DNA of 64,000 nucleotides from Candidatus Poriferihabitaceae bacterium (GCA_965221795.1 OZ244914.1:3548102-3612101); one strand, 5' to 3'. Positions 19,115 to 30,327 are shown, numbered from the stretch's first letter. Made by a program: numbers and translations. Notes: generated from the sequence alone by a model not told the origin.

Positions 19115-20260
19115 TCAGTTTTTCAGCAAGTCTTGCACAGTCGACTTGGCACTCACCAACTCATAGCGTGTGGACCTGCCTCCACCTGACAACGGAACAA
19201 GAATTCCCTTGACCACCAGATCAGAAAGATCACGGCTGGCGGTTCTATTGGGGCATTTGGTAATGATTTCATATTTCCTGGTCGTGACTCCTCCTTCAAA
19301 CCCCTTTCGGCCTTCCGCAAACACCCGAAATACCATCCTGGCTTGCCGGTCATTCAACTGATCGCCATACGCTTCGTAGAAGCGCGTCTTGGCCAATACG
19401 AAATCCACCTCATCCTTCGCAATTTCCTGCGCCCGTATGACCTGATCGGCAAAATAATCCAGCCAATGATCAACATCAAGGCTCCCATGGCTCGCTTTTT
19501 TCAGTTCCAGATAGTAGGATTTTTTATCTCCCTCAATCGCCGTCGCAAGGCAGGCGGTAGTTGGATAGTTCAGGCTTTGAGAAAGCGCATGATCGGAGAT
19601 GGCTCTGCCAACTCGTCCATTTCCATCAGCAAAGGGATGAATCACTTCGAACCAGAGATGCGCAATCCCTGCTCGGACCAACCCTGATAACTTCTGGTCG
19701 CCAGTCAGGGGACTGGTCCGGTTATACCAGTCGAGAAACGTTGCCATTTCTACGGGCACTTGAGTTGCTGACGGCGCTTCATAGTGGACCTTTCCCCGTC
19801 CGTAAGGTCCGCTGACGATTTGCATTGGAGACGGGTCGTTTCGGTATGCTCCACGCAGAATGAACGAGTAACGCTGCTCCGGGACGATCATGGACTGCCA
19901 CTTACCCAATAAATCATGCGTTAGAACATCCTGCCAATTCTTTCGTACATCCACCAGTAACGAAGCAGCCCCTGCCGATTGCGGGTCTGCGTTGTCCGAC
20001 AGGGTATCCGATGTGATCAAGGACAGTAGCGACGACCGAACCGAATCTCTATCCAGGTTCTCGCCCTCGATAGCACTGGTCTTGATGGCTTCCGACAGCA
20101 TCAGGTGAACCAGAGCGTCCTTTTGAGATGTCATCGAGAGTGCATCAAACCGGCCCGCTAAACGCTCTGAACCGATCCGGAACTCCAACTCCCGATCATT
20201 GAGCTTGCGACAATCATAGCGAAAGTTCGGCCAGTCGGAATGTTGCCATATCCATCTCAT
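19115..20260 (-). CDS. Fic-family protein with DUF4172-like N-terminus and C-terminal HTH
   Basis: WIWQHSDWPNF N-terminus, TSAIEGE inhibitory motif, canonical HPFADGNGRVGR, C-terminal RTASRDLSDLV...GGGRSTRY. Confidence 0.92.
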   Translation of the reverse strand: MRWIWQHSDWPNFRYDCRKLNDRELEFRIGSERLAGRFDALSMTSQKDALVHLMLSEAIKTSAIEGENLDRDSVRSSLLSLITSDTLSDNADPQSAGAASLLVDVRKNWQDVLTHDLLGKWQSMIVPEQRYSFILRGAYRNDPSPMQIVSGPYGRGKVHYEAPSATQVPVEMATFLDWYNRTSPLTGDQKLSGLVRAGIAHLWFEVIHPFADGNGRVGRAISDHALSQSLNYPTTACLATAIEGDKKSYYLELKKASHGSLDVDHWLDYFADQVIRAQEIAKDEVDFVLAKTRFYEAYGDQLNDRQARMVFRVFAEGRKGFEGGVTTRKYEIITKCPNRTASRDLSDLVVKGILVPLSGGGRSTRYELVSAKSTVQDLLKN

Positions 20261-20303
20261 GGCACGATTTTAACATTTATTCACGCGATAAACTTTCTTA
20301 TTA

Positions 20304-20332
20304 TGGCGTGATTATGGAGTGCAATCACGCCA
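20304..20332. promoter_or_regulatory. Perfect 10-bp inverted repeat upstream of the fic gene (putative operator)
   Basis: TGGCGTGATT-N9-AATCACGCCA; related half-sites near 20260 and 20280. Confidence 0.55.
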
Positions 20333-20371
20333 AGTTTCTCTGAACACATGGTTCTCTGCTTTCTCATACTC

Positions 20372-21126
20372 TAGAGCCTGTTCATACAATCTGACTTGGA
20401 TAGGGTATGCTCGGTGCTGATTTTCAGCGGCAACCGCGCGGCGGAACCGATTCATGGAGCTCACCCCAGTGCCATACGAGCGCATTACGCCGCTGCTGTC
20501 AAGGTAGCGGGACCATAGTCCGCCTGTCGAATCTGCAGGTGCTCCATGCCATTCTCTAGGTGGCCGAGCATGAGTGCAAATGGCGTGTTCTGCCGGACCG
20601 ATTCGGCTACGGCCATACGGACCGACATGCGGATGAACCGGTGGTCGAAGAGCGGCGTCCTGGGCCGCGCGTTCGGTCCTCTGCAGCGGGCGCAGAGGGT
20701 CCGGGGCGAGACCTTGGGTCCCGGCCACGCCCACATCAAGGCCCATCCCGATGGCACGTGCGCTCGAAAAAAATGTTGCCCAGCGCATCAGTTAAGTCCC
20801 GAAGCGGCGGGAACAAACCGCTTCCTCTGGTGGCCGCAAATGCGCAAACCACCGTGGCTTTCCGGTTCTCCCACGAGCGTGACGCCCCGGCGGGCCGGAA
20901 GCCCTGAAAGCCGATGGCAAAGCCGTCGAATCGTCTCGCCCGGGTCATGGACGATGCCGATGGAGATAAAAAACTCGCGGATGGGCGGCGCAATGAGGTC
21001 GAGCGCCGATTCCAGAGACTGAAGGGTTTTGCAGGGCCTTCTCGCACTTCGACAAGCTGTCCTATTCCTTGGATTCGTCGTTTTCTCGTTGACCATTGAT
21101 GCACACGTAGTATTAACAATATCCAG
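20372..21126 (+). mobile_element. Degenerate IS5-family (IS427 group) element
   Basis: MELTPVPYERITPLL, VAEHECKWRVLPDRFG, RMNRWSKSGVL, KAHPDG, RNEVERRFQRLKGF with stops and frameshifts; left end CTAGAGCCTGTTCATA, decayed right end. Confidence 0.8.
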
Positions 21127-21129
21127 TGA

Positions 21130-21514
21130 TTTAGAATCTGGCCAGCTGGCCGATCCCTGACCCACTTAATTGAAGTGGTGGATCAACTCAAATCCCGGAA
21201 GTTGGCTTACAAAGTATCCATGAGTCGATTGATACCTCTTCAAGTACCGGCAAGTCGGTTTTCCATATCTTTGAAGCCTCTTAGCCGAGTTCGAACGAAG
21301 TCTGATCCACGAGCGTACTCAGGCTGGTCTGAAAGCCGCCCGAGCACGAGGACGAAGATGAGTTGGGGGTAAGCCCAAAGTGCTTAATTCCGACAAACGA
21401 AAACTGATGGTCAAGCTCTACCAAGAGAAACAGCATACGGTTCAACAGATCTGTGAAATGATGAACATCTCTAAGCCCACATTATGTAGGTATGTTGAAT
21501 CAGCGCGACCATGA
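21130..21514 (+). pseudogene. Serine resolvase/invertase C-terminal remnant
   Basis: Stitching frames gives GRSLTHLIEVVDQL, SIDTSSSTGK, LAEFERSLIHERTQAGLKAARARGR and HTH TVQQICEMMNISKPTLCRYV. Confidence 0.8.
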
Positions 21515-21558
21515 AATACGCTTGACGTATAGAGGACCATTCACTACCCCCGGGAGTC

Positions 21559-21826
21559 ATGATCAAGAGTTATCGGAACAAACGAACCGAAGCAATCGCA
21601 AATGGTGAATTTGTCCGGGCTTTTCAAGGTTTCAGCCAGCCGGCTGAAAAGCGTCTGGAAATTTTGGATGCGGTGGTATCGATTCACGATCTGATTCAGT
21701 TACCGAGCAATTGTTTTGAAGCACTAAAGTGGTGATAGAAAAGGCCAGTTTAGCATCCGTATCAATCGGCAATGGCGTATCTGCTTCACATGGCCTGATG
21801 ACGGTTCCGAACTAGAGAATGCCTGA
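21559..21826 (+). pseudogene. higB: HigB (RelE-family) toxin, frameshifted
   Basis: MIKSYRNKRTE...LPSNCFEALK, then a frameshift near 21730 to GDRKGQFSIRINRQWRICFTW. Confidence 0.85.
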
Positions 21827-22123
21827 ATGATGAATAGAACACCGATCCACCCTGGCACCATCCTGAAAGACGAACTGGACGAAATGGGTATCAGTGCTGC
21901 AGAGTTTGCGCGACAGTTGAAAGTGCCCGAAAACCGCATGTCCGAGGTTATGCGTGGCCATCGTAGTATTACGGCAGACACAGCTCTACGGCTCGGCCGC
22001 TGGTTCGGTACATCGCCCAACTTCTTGATAAATCTCCAGAAAAGTTATGAATTGCGCAAGGCAGAGCAGGAACTTGGCTCAGAGATTGAGAAGATACAGC
22101 CACGTTCCATCGTAGCTCGATAG
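21827..22123 (+). CDS. higA: HigA antitoxin (XRE HTH)
   Basis: PIHPGTILKDEL, SITADTALRLGRWFGTSPNFLINLQ. Confidence 0.92.
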   Translation: MMNRTPIHPGTILKDELDEMGISAAEFARQLKVPENRMSEVMRGHRSITADTALRLGRWFGTSPNFLINLQKSYELRKAEQELGSEIEKIQPRSIVAR

Positions 22124-22175
22124 AGCAACTGCATTATTTCGGGAATCATATGCCTATCAGATACTCATACATAAC

Positions 22176-22600
22176 ACAGTGTCCTAACCGCTCCGGCCGA
22201 TGAGGTTTTCCGGGGAGGTTTTATAGACCCTGATGGCCCGTATTGCGACTATCAGTTCGGCCGTGGCGATCCATAGTAGCTTGGTGCCGGGGAGGGGCTG
22301 ATTCCTGCAGGCTGGAAGCCGGCCAGTCTGGCAGGCCGATCACGCATTCCCGGACCGTTAGTTCGGGTGGGGACTGCGATGGCAAGTGCGGATACAGCCA
22401 GTGCAGCAGGATCTGGCAAGCTTCCAGTTCTTCGGGTTCGACCGTCTGCCGGGCCGGGGTGTCAGGTTCGCGCTTGGCATGTCGTTGCAACCCCAGCAAG
22501 GCCGTCAGAAAAACCCACAAGCACATAACCAGCTTGTATTGCTCGCAGCGCCACCCCGCATAAGAGGTTATTTCCGGTTGTGATGACTGTATCCTCCCCC
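22176..22600 (-). mobile_element. IS4-family transposase C-terminal remnant
   Basis: EPDTPARQTVEPEEL...PPELTVRECVIGL and, in another frame, ARLAGFQP..PLPGTKLLW, resembling an IS50/IS4-type dimerisation domain; possible end near 22176. Confidence 0.6.
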
Positions 22601-22976
22601 ATGTGCCAAAAACCGTGACTGCGGCCAAAACTGCGACCATTGGACGGGCCAGGTTCTCATCGTTTTGTTTCGGAGTGATGAAGACTTCAGATTTACCACA
22701 GGGACCCCTGCGTTTTACCTCCCTATCTGTTGTGGGATAACCTGATGGACAAATCTGTTCCACGCTCTCGAAAGCGGATAGATTAAGTCATTCCGTTCCT
22801 CGATCATGATAGAGTATGGCGTCATGTCATGGAAATCGTCAAAGTGCGGTTTCTCGCCGAAGACGGCTATTCTGGTGGCATTCCTGATATTGTGAATCCG
22901 ACGGAACGGATCAAATATGACACTCGGAATCCGATCAATGAACTGATTGCTTGGCCTTACAAGGTTTTTTTCTGCC

Positions 22977-24287
22977 ATGCCCTGTCAATATTTTACGCCT
23001 TGCGAACACGGCGCGGAGACTTTCACGGTGATGATGCCCAAACTCACTTTTGGGCGGGGTTGTCTGGCTGAATTGGGGTCACGGGCCAAAAACCGACATT
23101 TCTCCCGGGTCGCCCTGTTCACCGACCCCTTTCTGGGCGATGGACCTTATGTGGACCGCTCCGTTGCCGCATTGCGGCAGCAGGGGATTGACGTCGTCGT
23201 ATACTCAGACATCCGAATTGAACCGGATGATCGAACGGTCATTGCGGCGGCGGATTTTCTGCGGGAGGGGCACTTCGACAGCGTCATTTCAGTCGGTGGG
23301 GGATCATCCATGGACACGGCCAAAGCCGCGATGGTGTATGCCCGATATCCGGCCATGTTCACGGATTATTTTGCACCTCCCGTCGGCGAAGGGCGTATGG
23401 TCCCCGGGCCCCTACTCCCTCACATTGCCTGCCCAACGACATCGGGAACTGGTTCTGAATGCACATCCGTAGCGGTCATACGACTAAGCCATCTCAACAC
23501 CAAATTTGTGCTCGGCTCGCCATACCTCCTGCCTGAGGAAGCACTGGTTGATCCAGCCTGCACCGACACCTTACCCGCCAATGCGATTGCGTCCACCGGC
23601 TACGATCTGATGTGCCATGCTATCGAATGCTACACCGCCAAGGCGTATACCCGCTGGGACAAGGTCTCGGATCCCGATCGCCGCACATTGCTACAGGGAG
23701 CCAACCCATGGAGCGATATGTCGGCCCAACGCGCACTCGAAATCGTTGGAAAGTATCTCGTGCGAGGTTTCCATGACTCGGAAGACCGTGAAGCCCGTGA
23801 TCAACTTATGTGGGGAGCGACCTTGGCTGGCATGGCTTTCGGCAACAGCGGCACCCATCTGCCGCATGCCATGTCCTATGGAATAACTCACCTTATGCAA
23901 AACATTACAACAGATGGATATCCCGTTGAATCTCCTTTTATTCCTCATGGAGTCAGTGTAATGGTAAGCGCCCCTGCGATCTTCCGGTTTTTGGCCGAAT
24001 CGGCACCGGATCGTCATCTGGCAGCCGCCTCCTTTCTCGGCGCGGAGACAGGCGGTGCCATACCGGAAGAAGCCGGAGAGATTGTCGCCAATCGACTGAT
24101 ACAGATTCTCCGGGATACCCATGGACCAAACGGCCTTACCGACTTGGGTTTCGGCGCGGAAAATGCCAAGGCTCTTGCCGTATCCTCCATCCGCCAGACC
24201 CGCGCAATTCACAACGCGCCTCGCATTGCAGACCAGACCGAAATGGAGAACATCTACACCAACGCTGTTCGTTACTGGACCGAATAA
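22977..24287 (+). CDS. Hydroxyacid-oxoacid transhydrogenase-like iron-containing alcohol dehydrogenase
   Basis: GGGSSMDTAK, IACPTTSGTGSE, DLMCHAIECYTA, QGANPWSD, GTHLPHAMSY, PHGVSV. Confidence 0.85.
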   Translation: MPCQYFTPCEHGAETFTVMMPKLTFGRGCLAELGSRAKNRHFSRVALFTDPFLGDGPYVDRSVAALRQQGIDVVVYSDIRIEPDDRTVIAAADFLREGHFDSVISVGGGSSMDTAKAAMVYARYPAMFTDYFAPPVGEGRMVPGPLLPHIACPTTSGTGSECTSVAVIRLSHLNTKFVLGSPYLLPEEALVDPACTDTLPANAIASTGYDLMCHAIECYTAKAYTRWDKVSDPDRRTLLQGANPWSDMSAQRALEIVGKYLVRGFHDSEDREARDQLMWGATLAGMAFGNSGTHLPHAMSYGITHLMQNITTDGYPVESPFIPHGVSVMVSAPAIFRFLAESAPDRHLAAASFLGAETGGAIPEEAGEIVANRLIQILRDTHGPNGLTDLGFGAENAKALAVSSIRQTRAIHNAPRIADQTEMENIYTNAVRYWTE

Positions 24288-24439
24288 ACGATATCCGCCG
24301 CCCTGCCATGCCATGCCGGGCGACTGGGATCGTCTCCTGCCGAACTCCAGAAGCCGCATCATCGGGCTCTCGGTGATTTGCTACTCTTGCTTGATGCATC
24401 ATCTGAAGATAGCATTCAAGGTTTCTTCTACTCTGGAGA

Positions 24440-26860
24440 TTGGCAGTGCAACAGTACCGGGTTGTCGTGATCGGTGGTGGTGTAGTGGGCACATCTGTCC
24501 TGTATCATTTGGCCAAATTTGGCTGGGCCGATGTCTGTCTCATCGAACGTTCGGTACTGACGGCAGGTTCTTCATGGCATGCAGCGGGCGGAGTCCATGC
24601 ACTCAATGCAGACCCCAACATGGCCGCTTTGCAGGCCTATACCATTGATCTTCTGTCGGAGATTGAAAGAGAGTCCTGTCAAGACATCGGTTTGCATATG
24701 ACCGGCGGGATTACGGTCGCATCCGCTCCGGCACGTTGGGAGTGGCTTCAGTCTGCCTATCGCGTATTTCAAACCATTGGAATTCAGGATTGCCACTTGA
24801 TGACACCGGCAGAAATCAAAGAGAAATGCCCGATCATGGATACCGATGGAATCATTGGAGGACTGTGGGCGGACCGGGAAGGATATGTCGACACCACCGG
24901 CACCGTACACGCCTATGCCGGTGCTGCCAGGAAATACGGTGCCACTATCGTGGAACACAATCGGGTGGTGGAATTGAAACAACGCTCGGATCACACCTGG
25001 GATCTGCATACAGAGCAAGGCCTCGTGCATGCCGAACATGTGGTGAACGCGGGCGGTCTCTGGGCCAAACAGATCGGACATATGGTTGGCCTGGATTTGC
25101 CGCTGTCTCCCCTGAGCCACCACTACCTGCTGACCGAAACCATTCCGGAACTGGCCACATTGGACTTTGAAGTTCCCATGACCGTCGATCTGGAAGGGTT
25201 TACTTACATGCGCCAAGACCAAAAAGGGATTCTGATCGGGATTTATGAGCAGAACCATCAGCACTGGCAGATTGATGGAGCTCCCTGGGACTATGGGGTC
25301 GAGCTGCTGCAAGAAGATATCGATCGAATCTCCGATGAACTCGAAATGGCATTCCATCGCTATCCCGTACTACAGACAGTCGGGATTCGCAACTGGGTCA
25401 ATGGGGCCTTCACCTTCTCCCCCGATGGCAATCCTCTGGTGGGACCAGTCTCCGAAGTCAAAAACTACTGGCTCGCCTGTGCCGTGATGGCCGGTTTTCT
25501 TCAGGGAGGCGGAGTGGGCAAAACCCTGGCCGAATGGATGATGTACGGCGAAACCGAAGCTGATGCCTGGCCCATGGATATTGCCCGTTATGGAGCCTTT
25601 GCTTCGAATCGAGAATACATCCGGCAAACCACTGGCCAGTTCTACTCTCGCCGCTTCGTGATGACCTACCCTAATGAACAGTTGCCAGCGGGCCGGAGCC
25701 TGAAAAAATCCCCGGCATATACTGCCATGAGCCATGCTGGTGCCCTTTGGGGAGAATCCTGGGGACTCGAAATTCCGCTGGTATTTGGGCCCGAAGGATT
25801 CAAGGAAACCCCCACCCTGAAACGTTCCAATGCGTTTCCGATCGTAGCAGAGGAATGTCGCAGTGTGCGGGAAACCGTGGGAATGCTAGACATTACCGGC
25901 TTTTCCCGATACGAAATTTCCGGCGAGGATGCCGAGTCCTGGCTTGATCATCTGATTGCCAGCCGACTCCCGGGGCCCGGGAAGGCCCGATTGGCACCTA
26001 TTCTAGCCCCGAGCGGCCGGCTGAAAGGTGATTTGACTCTGATCAACTGGGGGGATGGCCGCTGGTGGCTCATGGGCTCCTACTATCTTCGCCAATGGCA
26101 TATGCGCTGGTTCCACGATCATCTTGATGATCACAACCAAGTAGTGGTGCGGGATATTTCCGATCACTGGTGCGGTTTCTCACTCTCTGGCCCCAGATCG
26201 CGTGATGTACTGTGTAGCCTGACCCATGCAGACCTGTCCAGCCTCCCTTTCATGGGCTGTACTGTGATGGATGTCGGCTTAGTACGAGCCCGGGTCGTTC
26301 GCATGTCGGTCATGGGAGAACTGGGATATGAAATCAACTGTGAAGCCATAGATCACATCACACTGCGTGAGTCCTTATTATCGGCCGGGACCCAACAGGG
26401 AATCCGGGAAATTGGGTACTATGCCCTGAATTCCCTGCGACTGGAAAAGAGCTTCGGAATCTGGTCCCGAGAATATACTCAGAGCTACACCCCCGGGGAA
26501 ACGGGTCTTGATCGCTGGATTGCTTTTGACAAGGAGAGTAATTTTATCGGTCGGGAGGCAGCCCGGAAAGAGAAGGAAAACGACAGTGCCTGCAGGCGGC
26601 TGGTCACTTTGGAGGTAGATTCCGGCGAGGCGGATGCGAGTGGGTATGAACCCATCTGGTTCGAGGGGACCAATGTGGGATTCATTACGTCCGGAGGGTA
26701 CGGACATACACTGCAAAAAAGCCTGGCCATGGCATTGATCGAAACCGAGTTTGCTACACCCGGCATCCGACTCAAGACGCATATCGTCGGTGTCGAATCC
26801 GATGTGACAGTCGTCTCTTCATCCCCCTATGACCCGACGGGTAAGCGCCTGCGAAACTAG
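24440..26860 (+). CDS. GcvT-family FAD oxidoreductase (dimethylglycine/sarcosine dehydrogenase-like)
   Basis: VVIGGGVVG, TAGSSWHAAG (covalent-FAD His region), FSPDGNPLVG, C-terminal aminomethyltransferase domain (GELGYEI, SLRLEK); 806 aa. Confidence 0.92.
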   Translation: MAVQQYRVVVIGGGVVGTSVLYHLAKFGWADVCLIERSVLTAGSSWHAAGGVHALNADPNMAALQAYTIDLLSEIERESCQDIGLHMTGGITVASAPARWEWLQSAYRVFQTIGIQDCHLMTPAEIKEKCPIMDTDGIIGGLWADREGYVDTTGTVHAYAGAARKYGATIVEHNRVVELKQRSDHTWDLHTEQGLVHAEHVVNAGGLWAKQIGHMVGLDLPLSPLSHHYLLTETIPELATLDFEVPMTVDLEGFTYMRQDQKGILIGIYEQNHQHWQIDGAPWDYGVELLQEDIDRISDELEMAFHRYPVLQTVGIRNWVNGAFTFSPDGNPLVGPVSEVKNYWLACAVMAGFLQGGGVGKTLAEWMMYGETEADAWPMDIARYGAFASNREYIRQTTGQFYSRRFVMTYPNEQLPAGRSLKKSPAYTAMSHAGALWGESWGLEIPLVFGPEGFKETPTLKRSNAFPIVAEECRSVRETVGMLDITGFSRYEISGEDAESWLDHLIASRLPGPGKARLAPILAPSGRLKGDLTLINWGDGRWWLMGSYYLRQWHMRWFHDHLDDHNQVVVRDISDHWCGFSLSGPRSRDVLCSLTHADLSSLPFMGCTVMDVGLVRARVVRMSVMGELGYEINCEAIDHITLRESLLSAGTQQGIREIGYYALNSLRLEKSFGIWSREYTQSYTPGETGLDRWIAFDKESNFIGREAARKEKENDSACRRLVTLEVDSGEADASGYEPIWFEGTNVGFITSGGYGHTLQKSLAMALIETEFATPGIRLKTHIVGVESDVTVVSSSPYDPTGKRLRN

Positions 26861-26877
26861 CCGGAGAAACTGCGATC

Positions 26878-28425
26878 ATGCCTCCTCCATCCAGACAGCG
26901 GAATGATCGGCGCAGCATGCGTCGAGTCCCGGCCCGCAAGGACCCCATCCGCTCAATCGATTACCATAATCTGACCAACCCTTTCACTCCGCAGACAGTT
27001 TTTTCCGATGACGAGGTCGAATCTCTCCATCAGAACGCCCTGCGGGTGTTACAGGAATTGGGGATTCGCATTCTTTTGTCGGAGGCCAGGGATCGACTGA
27101 GAGCTGCCGGTGCTCTGGTCAACGATGACACATGGGTGGTACGTATCGGCTCCGACATTGTGGAACATTGCCTGCAAACGGCCCCCGGCTCTTTCACCCT
27201 GAAAGCCGCCATTCCACAGAAAGATCTTCTGGTGGCTCCGGGTCAGTTGATGTTCAAAGCCGGTGCCGGATGTCCCAATGTGTATGACCGAGCCCGTGGG
27301 CGACGTCCGGGTAACCTGGAGTCGTTTATTGAAGTGATGAAGCTCACCCAATGTTTTGATGTGCTGCAACTGCAGGGAGCTTCACTGGAACCCCAGGACA
27401 TTCCAGTTCATCTGCGCCACTACCAGACCATGCGGGTTCAACTGACGGTTGGGAACAAGACTCCATGGATTTTCTGCCGGGGCCGGAGCCAGGTTAAGGA
27501 TGCCTTCCGGATGATCCAGATCCTGCATGACCTCAGTGAAACCGAATTCATGGCCCATCCCCGGTCCACCACAGTGGTGAACACCAATTCCCCCCGTCAG
27601 ATTGACAACCCCATGGCACAAGGCATCATTGATTTCGCCTTGCACAATCAACTCTGTATTATCACCCCCTTCTGCCTCTTGGGTGCCATGGCACCGATCA
27701 CCGTAGCCGGCGCACTGTGCCTGCAACATGCCGAATCGCTTGCCGGTATTGCACTCAGCCAGGTGTCCAACCCTGGGGCCCCGGTTCTCTATGGTAATTT
27801 TGCCTCGAATGTGGACATGAAGTCCGGTGCGCCGACTTTCGGCACTCCGGAGCATGTCAAAGCGACACTGGGCTCAGGTCAATTGGCACGACATATTGGC
27901 CTGCCTTGGCGCTCTTCTGCCGGCAGTGGCGCGAATATCGCCGATGCACAGGGAGCACATGAAACGGAGCTCAGTGGCTGGGGAGCGATCCTGGCCGGTG
28001 CGACCACGGTCATGCACTCTGCCGGCTGGCTGGAAGGAGGGCTCACTTTTGGCTATGAGAAAATGATCACCGACCTGGAAATGATCCAGATCTTTGCCGA
28101 ACTGTGCCATCCAACACCGGTGAATGATGCGGAAATGGCCTTCGAGGCCATTCAGGATGTGGCCCCGGGTGGGCATTTCTTCGCGACCGATCACACCATG
28201 GAACGGTATCGCAATGCCTTCTACGAACCCCTGGTGGCAGATCATTCCAATTATGGTCAATGGCAGGAAAAGGGTAGCCAGACCGCAGACCAGCGAGCCA
28301 CCACTATCTGGCAGGGACTTCTGGAGAGCTTCGAAGCACCCGAGCGGGATGAATCCCGACTGGAGGCATTGGATGCGTTTATCGAAAAACGTACCGCAGA
28401 CGGTGGTGCCCCCCCATTGAGTTGA
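26878..28425 (+). CDS. MttB-superfamily methyltransferase, pyrrolysine-free (paralogue 1)
   Basis: NTNSPRQID, GAMAPITVAGAL, SNVDMKSGAPTFGTPE, HSAGWLEGGL, PGGHFF; no in-frame TAG. Confidence 0.92.
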   Translation: MPPPSRQRNDRRSMRRVPARKDPIRSIDYHNLTNPFTPQTVFSDDEVESLHQNALRVLQELGIRILLSEARDRLRAAGALVNDDTWVVRIGSDIVEHCLQTAPGSFTLKAAIPQKDLLVAPGQLMFKAGAGCPNVYDRARGRRPGNLESFIEVMKLTQCFDVLQLQGASLEPQDIPVHLRHYQTMRVQLTVGNKTPWIFCRGRSQVKDAFRMIQILHDLSETEFMAHPRSTTVVNTNSPRQIDNPMAQGIIDFALHNQLCIITPFCLLGAMAPITVAGALCLQHAESLAGIALSQVSNPGAPVLYGNFASNVDMKSGAPTFGTPEHVKATLGSGQLARHIGLPWRSSAGSGANIADAQGAHETELSGWGAILAGATTVMHSAGWLEGGLTFGYEKMITDLEMIQIFAELCHPTPVNDAEMAFEAIQDVAPGGHFFATDHTMERYRNAFYEPLVADHSNYGQWQEKGSQTADQRATTIWQGLLESFEAPERDESRLEALDAFIEKRTADGGAPPLS

Positions 28426-28490
28426 ATCAAGGATCTATCCCGGGGCCGGCCCCATGACCCGATTGGTCGAAAAGAAACAGGATTGAAGAA

Positions 28491-30077
28491 ATGAATGCGC
28501 TCTTACTGCTCATCGCATTTTTTGCAGGCATGGGCTTTCGTCGTCTTGGATACCCGCCTTTATTGGGATTCCTTCTGGCGGGCTTTGTGGCCCATGAACT
28601 GGGAGTGGGCAATACCGAGACCATTCAACCCCTTGCCGATCTGGGGATTACCCTGTTGCTCTTTACCATCGGCCTTAAGTTGAATCTGCGGGAGCTGGCT
28701 GCCATACAGGTCTGGGGGACGGCAAGCGCTCATATGGTCATCGCCGTGGTCCTGACCGTCCCCGTGATTCTACTCGCCGGACACCTGTTTCCTCTCTTGC
28801 GTCTGGAAAATACGTATGCAGCATGGGCGCTGGCCTTCGCCCTGTCATTCTCCAGCACCGTATTTGCGGTCAAGATCATTGAGGAGCGCGGTGAAAGTGC
28901 GGCTCTTCATGCCGAAATTGCGATCGGCATTCTGGTCATCCAGGATATTTTTGCGGTCGGCTTCCTGGTGATGACTGCAGAAAAGACGCCTAGTCTTTGG
29001 GCATTGGGGCTTCTGGCCCTGCCGTTATTACGACCGATGATGATCTCGCTTCTCAATCGTGCCGGGCATGGAGAGCTACTGGTCCTGTTTGGCGTGGCGA
29101 TGGCGATTGCCGCCTATGAGCTGTTCGAGCTCGTAGATTTCAAGGGCGATCTGGGGGCATTGCTGTTCGGTATCCTTCTTGGACGTGCGGATAAGGCATC
29201 GGAACTGTACAAGAGCCTGATTTCGCTCAAGGACCTGTTCCTGATCGGTTTTTTCCTGCAAATCGGATTCTATGGGCTTCCTTCCCTGGAAATGGTTCTG
29301 GTAGCGTTGGCGTTATCGATACTGATTTTCCTGCGGCCGTTGATCTACTACTTTTTGTTGGTCGGTTTTGGGCTTCGAGCCCGAACGGCTTTCGTTGCCG
29401 GCTTCAGCCTCTTCAACTATTCGGAGTTTGGCCTGATCGTAGGTGCTATTGCCGTCAGTGTCGGCATGTTGTCACCAGAATGGCTCACCACCCTGGCGCT
29501 GGTGATGGCCATGTCACTGTTCATCGCCACACCCTTCAATACCAAAGTCCACAAACTATACAGCCGATGGGCCGGAACCCTGCATCGATTCGAGCGTAAG
29601 AAGCGACTGGAACGGGAGAAGATGGTGAGTCTGGGCGGGGCCGAAATTGTAGTACTGGGTATGGGCCGCGTCGGTGTCGGTGCATATGAAACGCTTCATG
29701 AAAAATTTGGGAATATCGTGGTCGGCATTGAGGAAAACCTGGAAAAAGCCAACCAGTTGGCGGCCGCTGGGTACCGTTGTGTGCCAGGGGATGCCAGCGA
29801 CTATGACTTCTGGTTGGATGCAGATCTGGCCAAGCGGCGGGTGCTATTGATCAGCCTGTCCAACCATCGGGAAAATCTGTATGCGGTTGACATCGCAAAA
29901 AGACTGCATTATTCGGGGATTCTTGCCGTCATTTCCCGCTATCCCGACCACAAAGCCGAACTGGAAGAACTGGGCTGCGTGACATTCAACCTGTATGCCG
30001 GAGCGGGACATGGATTTGCCGAACATGTCCTGAGACAAATGGATTTCGTCCCAGCCACTACTGGTAATACTGACTGA
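28491..30077 (+). CDS. CPA2/KefC-like cation:proton antiporter with TrkA-N domain
   Basis: LLLFTIGLKL, SFSSTVFAVK, GILVIQD, SEFGLIV; C-terminal VLGMGRVG...GDASD. Confidence 0.9.
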   Translation: MNALLLLIAFFAGMGFRRLGYPPLLGFLLAGFVAHELGVGNTETIQPLADLGITLLLFTIGLKLNLRELAAIQVWGTASAHMVIAVVLTVPVILLAGHLFPLLRLENTYAAWALAFALSFSSTVFAVKIIEERGESAALHAEIAIGILVIQDIFAVGFLVMTAEKTPSLWALGLLALPLLRPMMISLLNRAGHGELLVLFGVAMAIAAYELFELVDFKGDLGALLFGILLGRADKASELYKSLISLKDLFLIGFFLQIGFYGLPSLEMVLVALALSILIFLRPLIYYFLLVGFGLRARTAFVAGFSLFNYSEFGLIVGAIAVSVGMLSPEWLTTLALVMAMSLFIATPFNTKVHKLYSRWAGTLHRFERKKRLEREKMVSLGGAEIVVLGMGRVGVGAYETLHEKFGNIVVGIEENLEKANQLAAAGYRCVPGDASDYDFWLDADLAKRRVLLISLSNHRENLYAVDIAKRLHYSGILAVISRYPDHKAELEELGCVTFNLYAGAGHGFAEHVLRQMDFVPATTGNTD

Positions 30078-30327
30078 AAAAGGAAACTCGGGACACTCCG
30101 TGATGGCTCCGGCTCTGCCAGAATGATTTTGGTTAGACGACTGGACCCATGAGGTATCGCCTTGCTACGTCGACATGTGGTGCGAGCGAATGGAGTGAAT
30201 CCTCCCCCTCCCCTTATTTAAGACGCTATGTATGATACAGCAGACTACCATCATCGAGAATCCCTGCAGGCTAAGCTGAAAGTATACAATAACTACGGGA
30301 AACCAGTATAATTGGGTCATGGACTAA

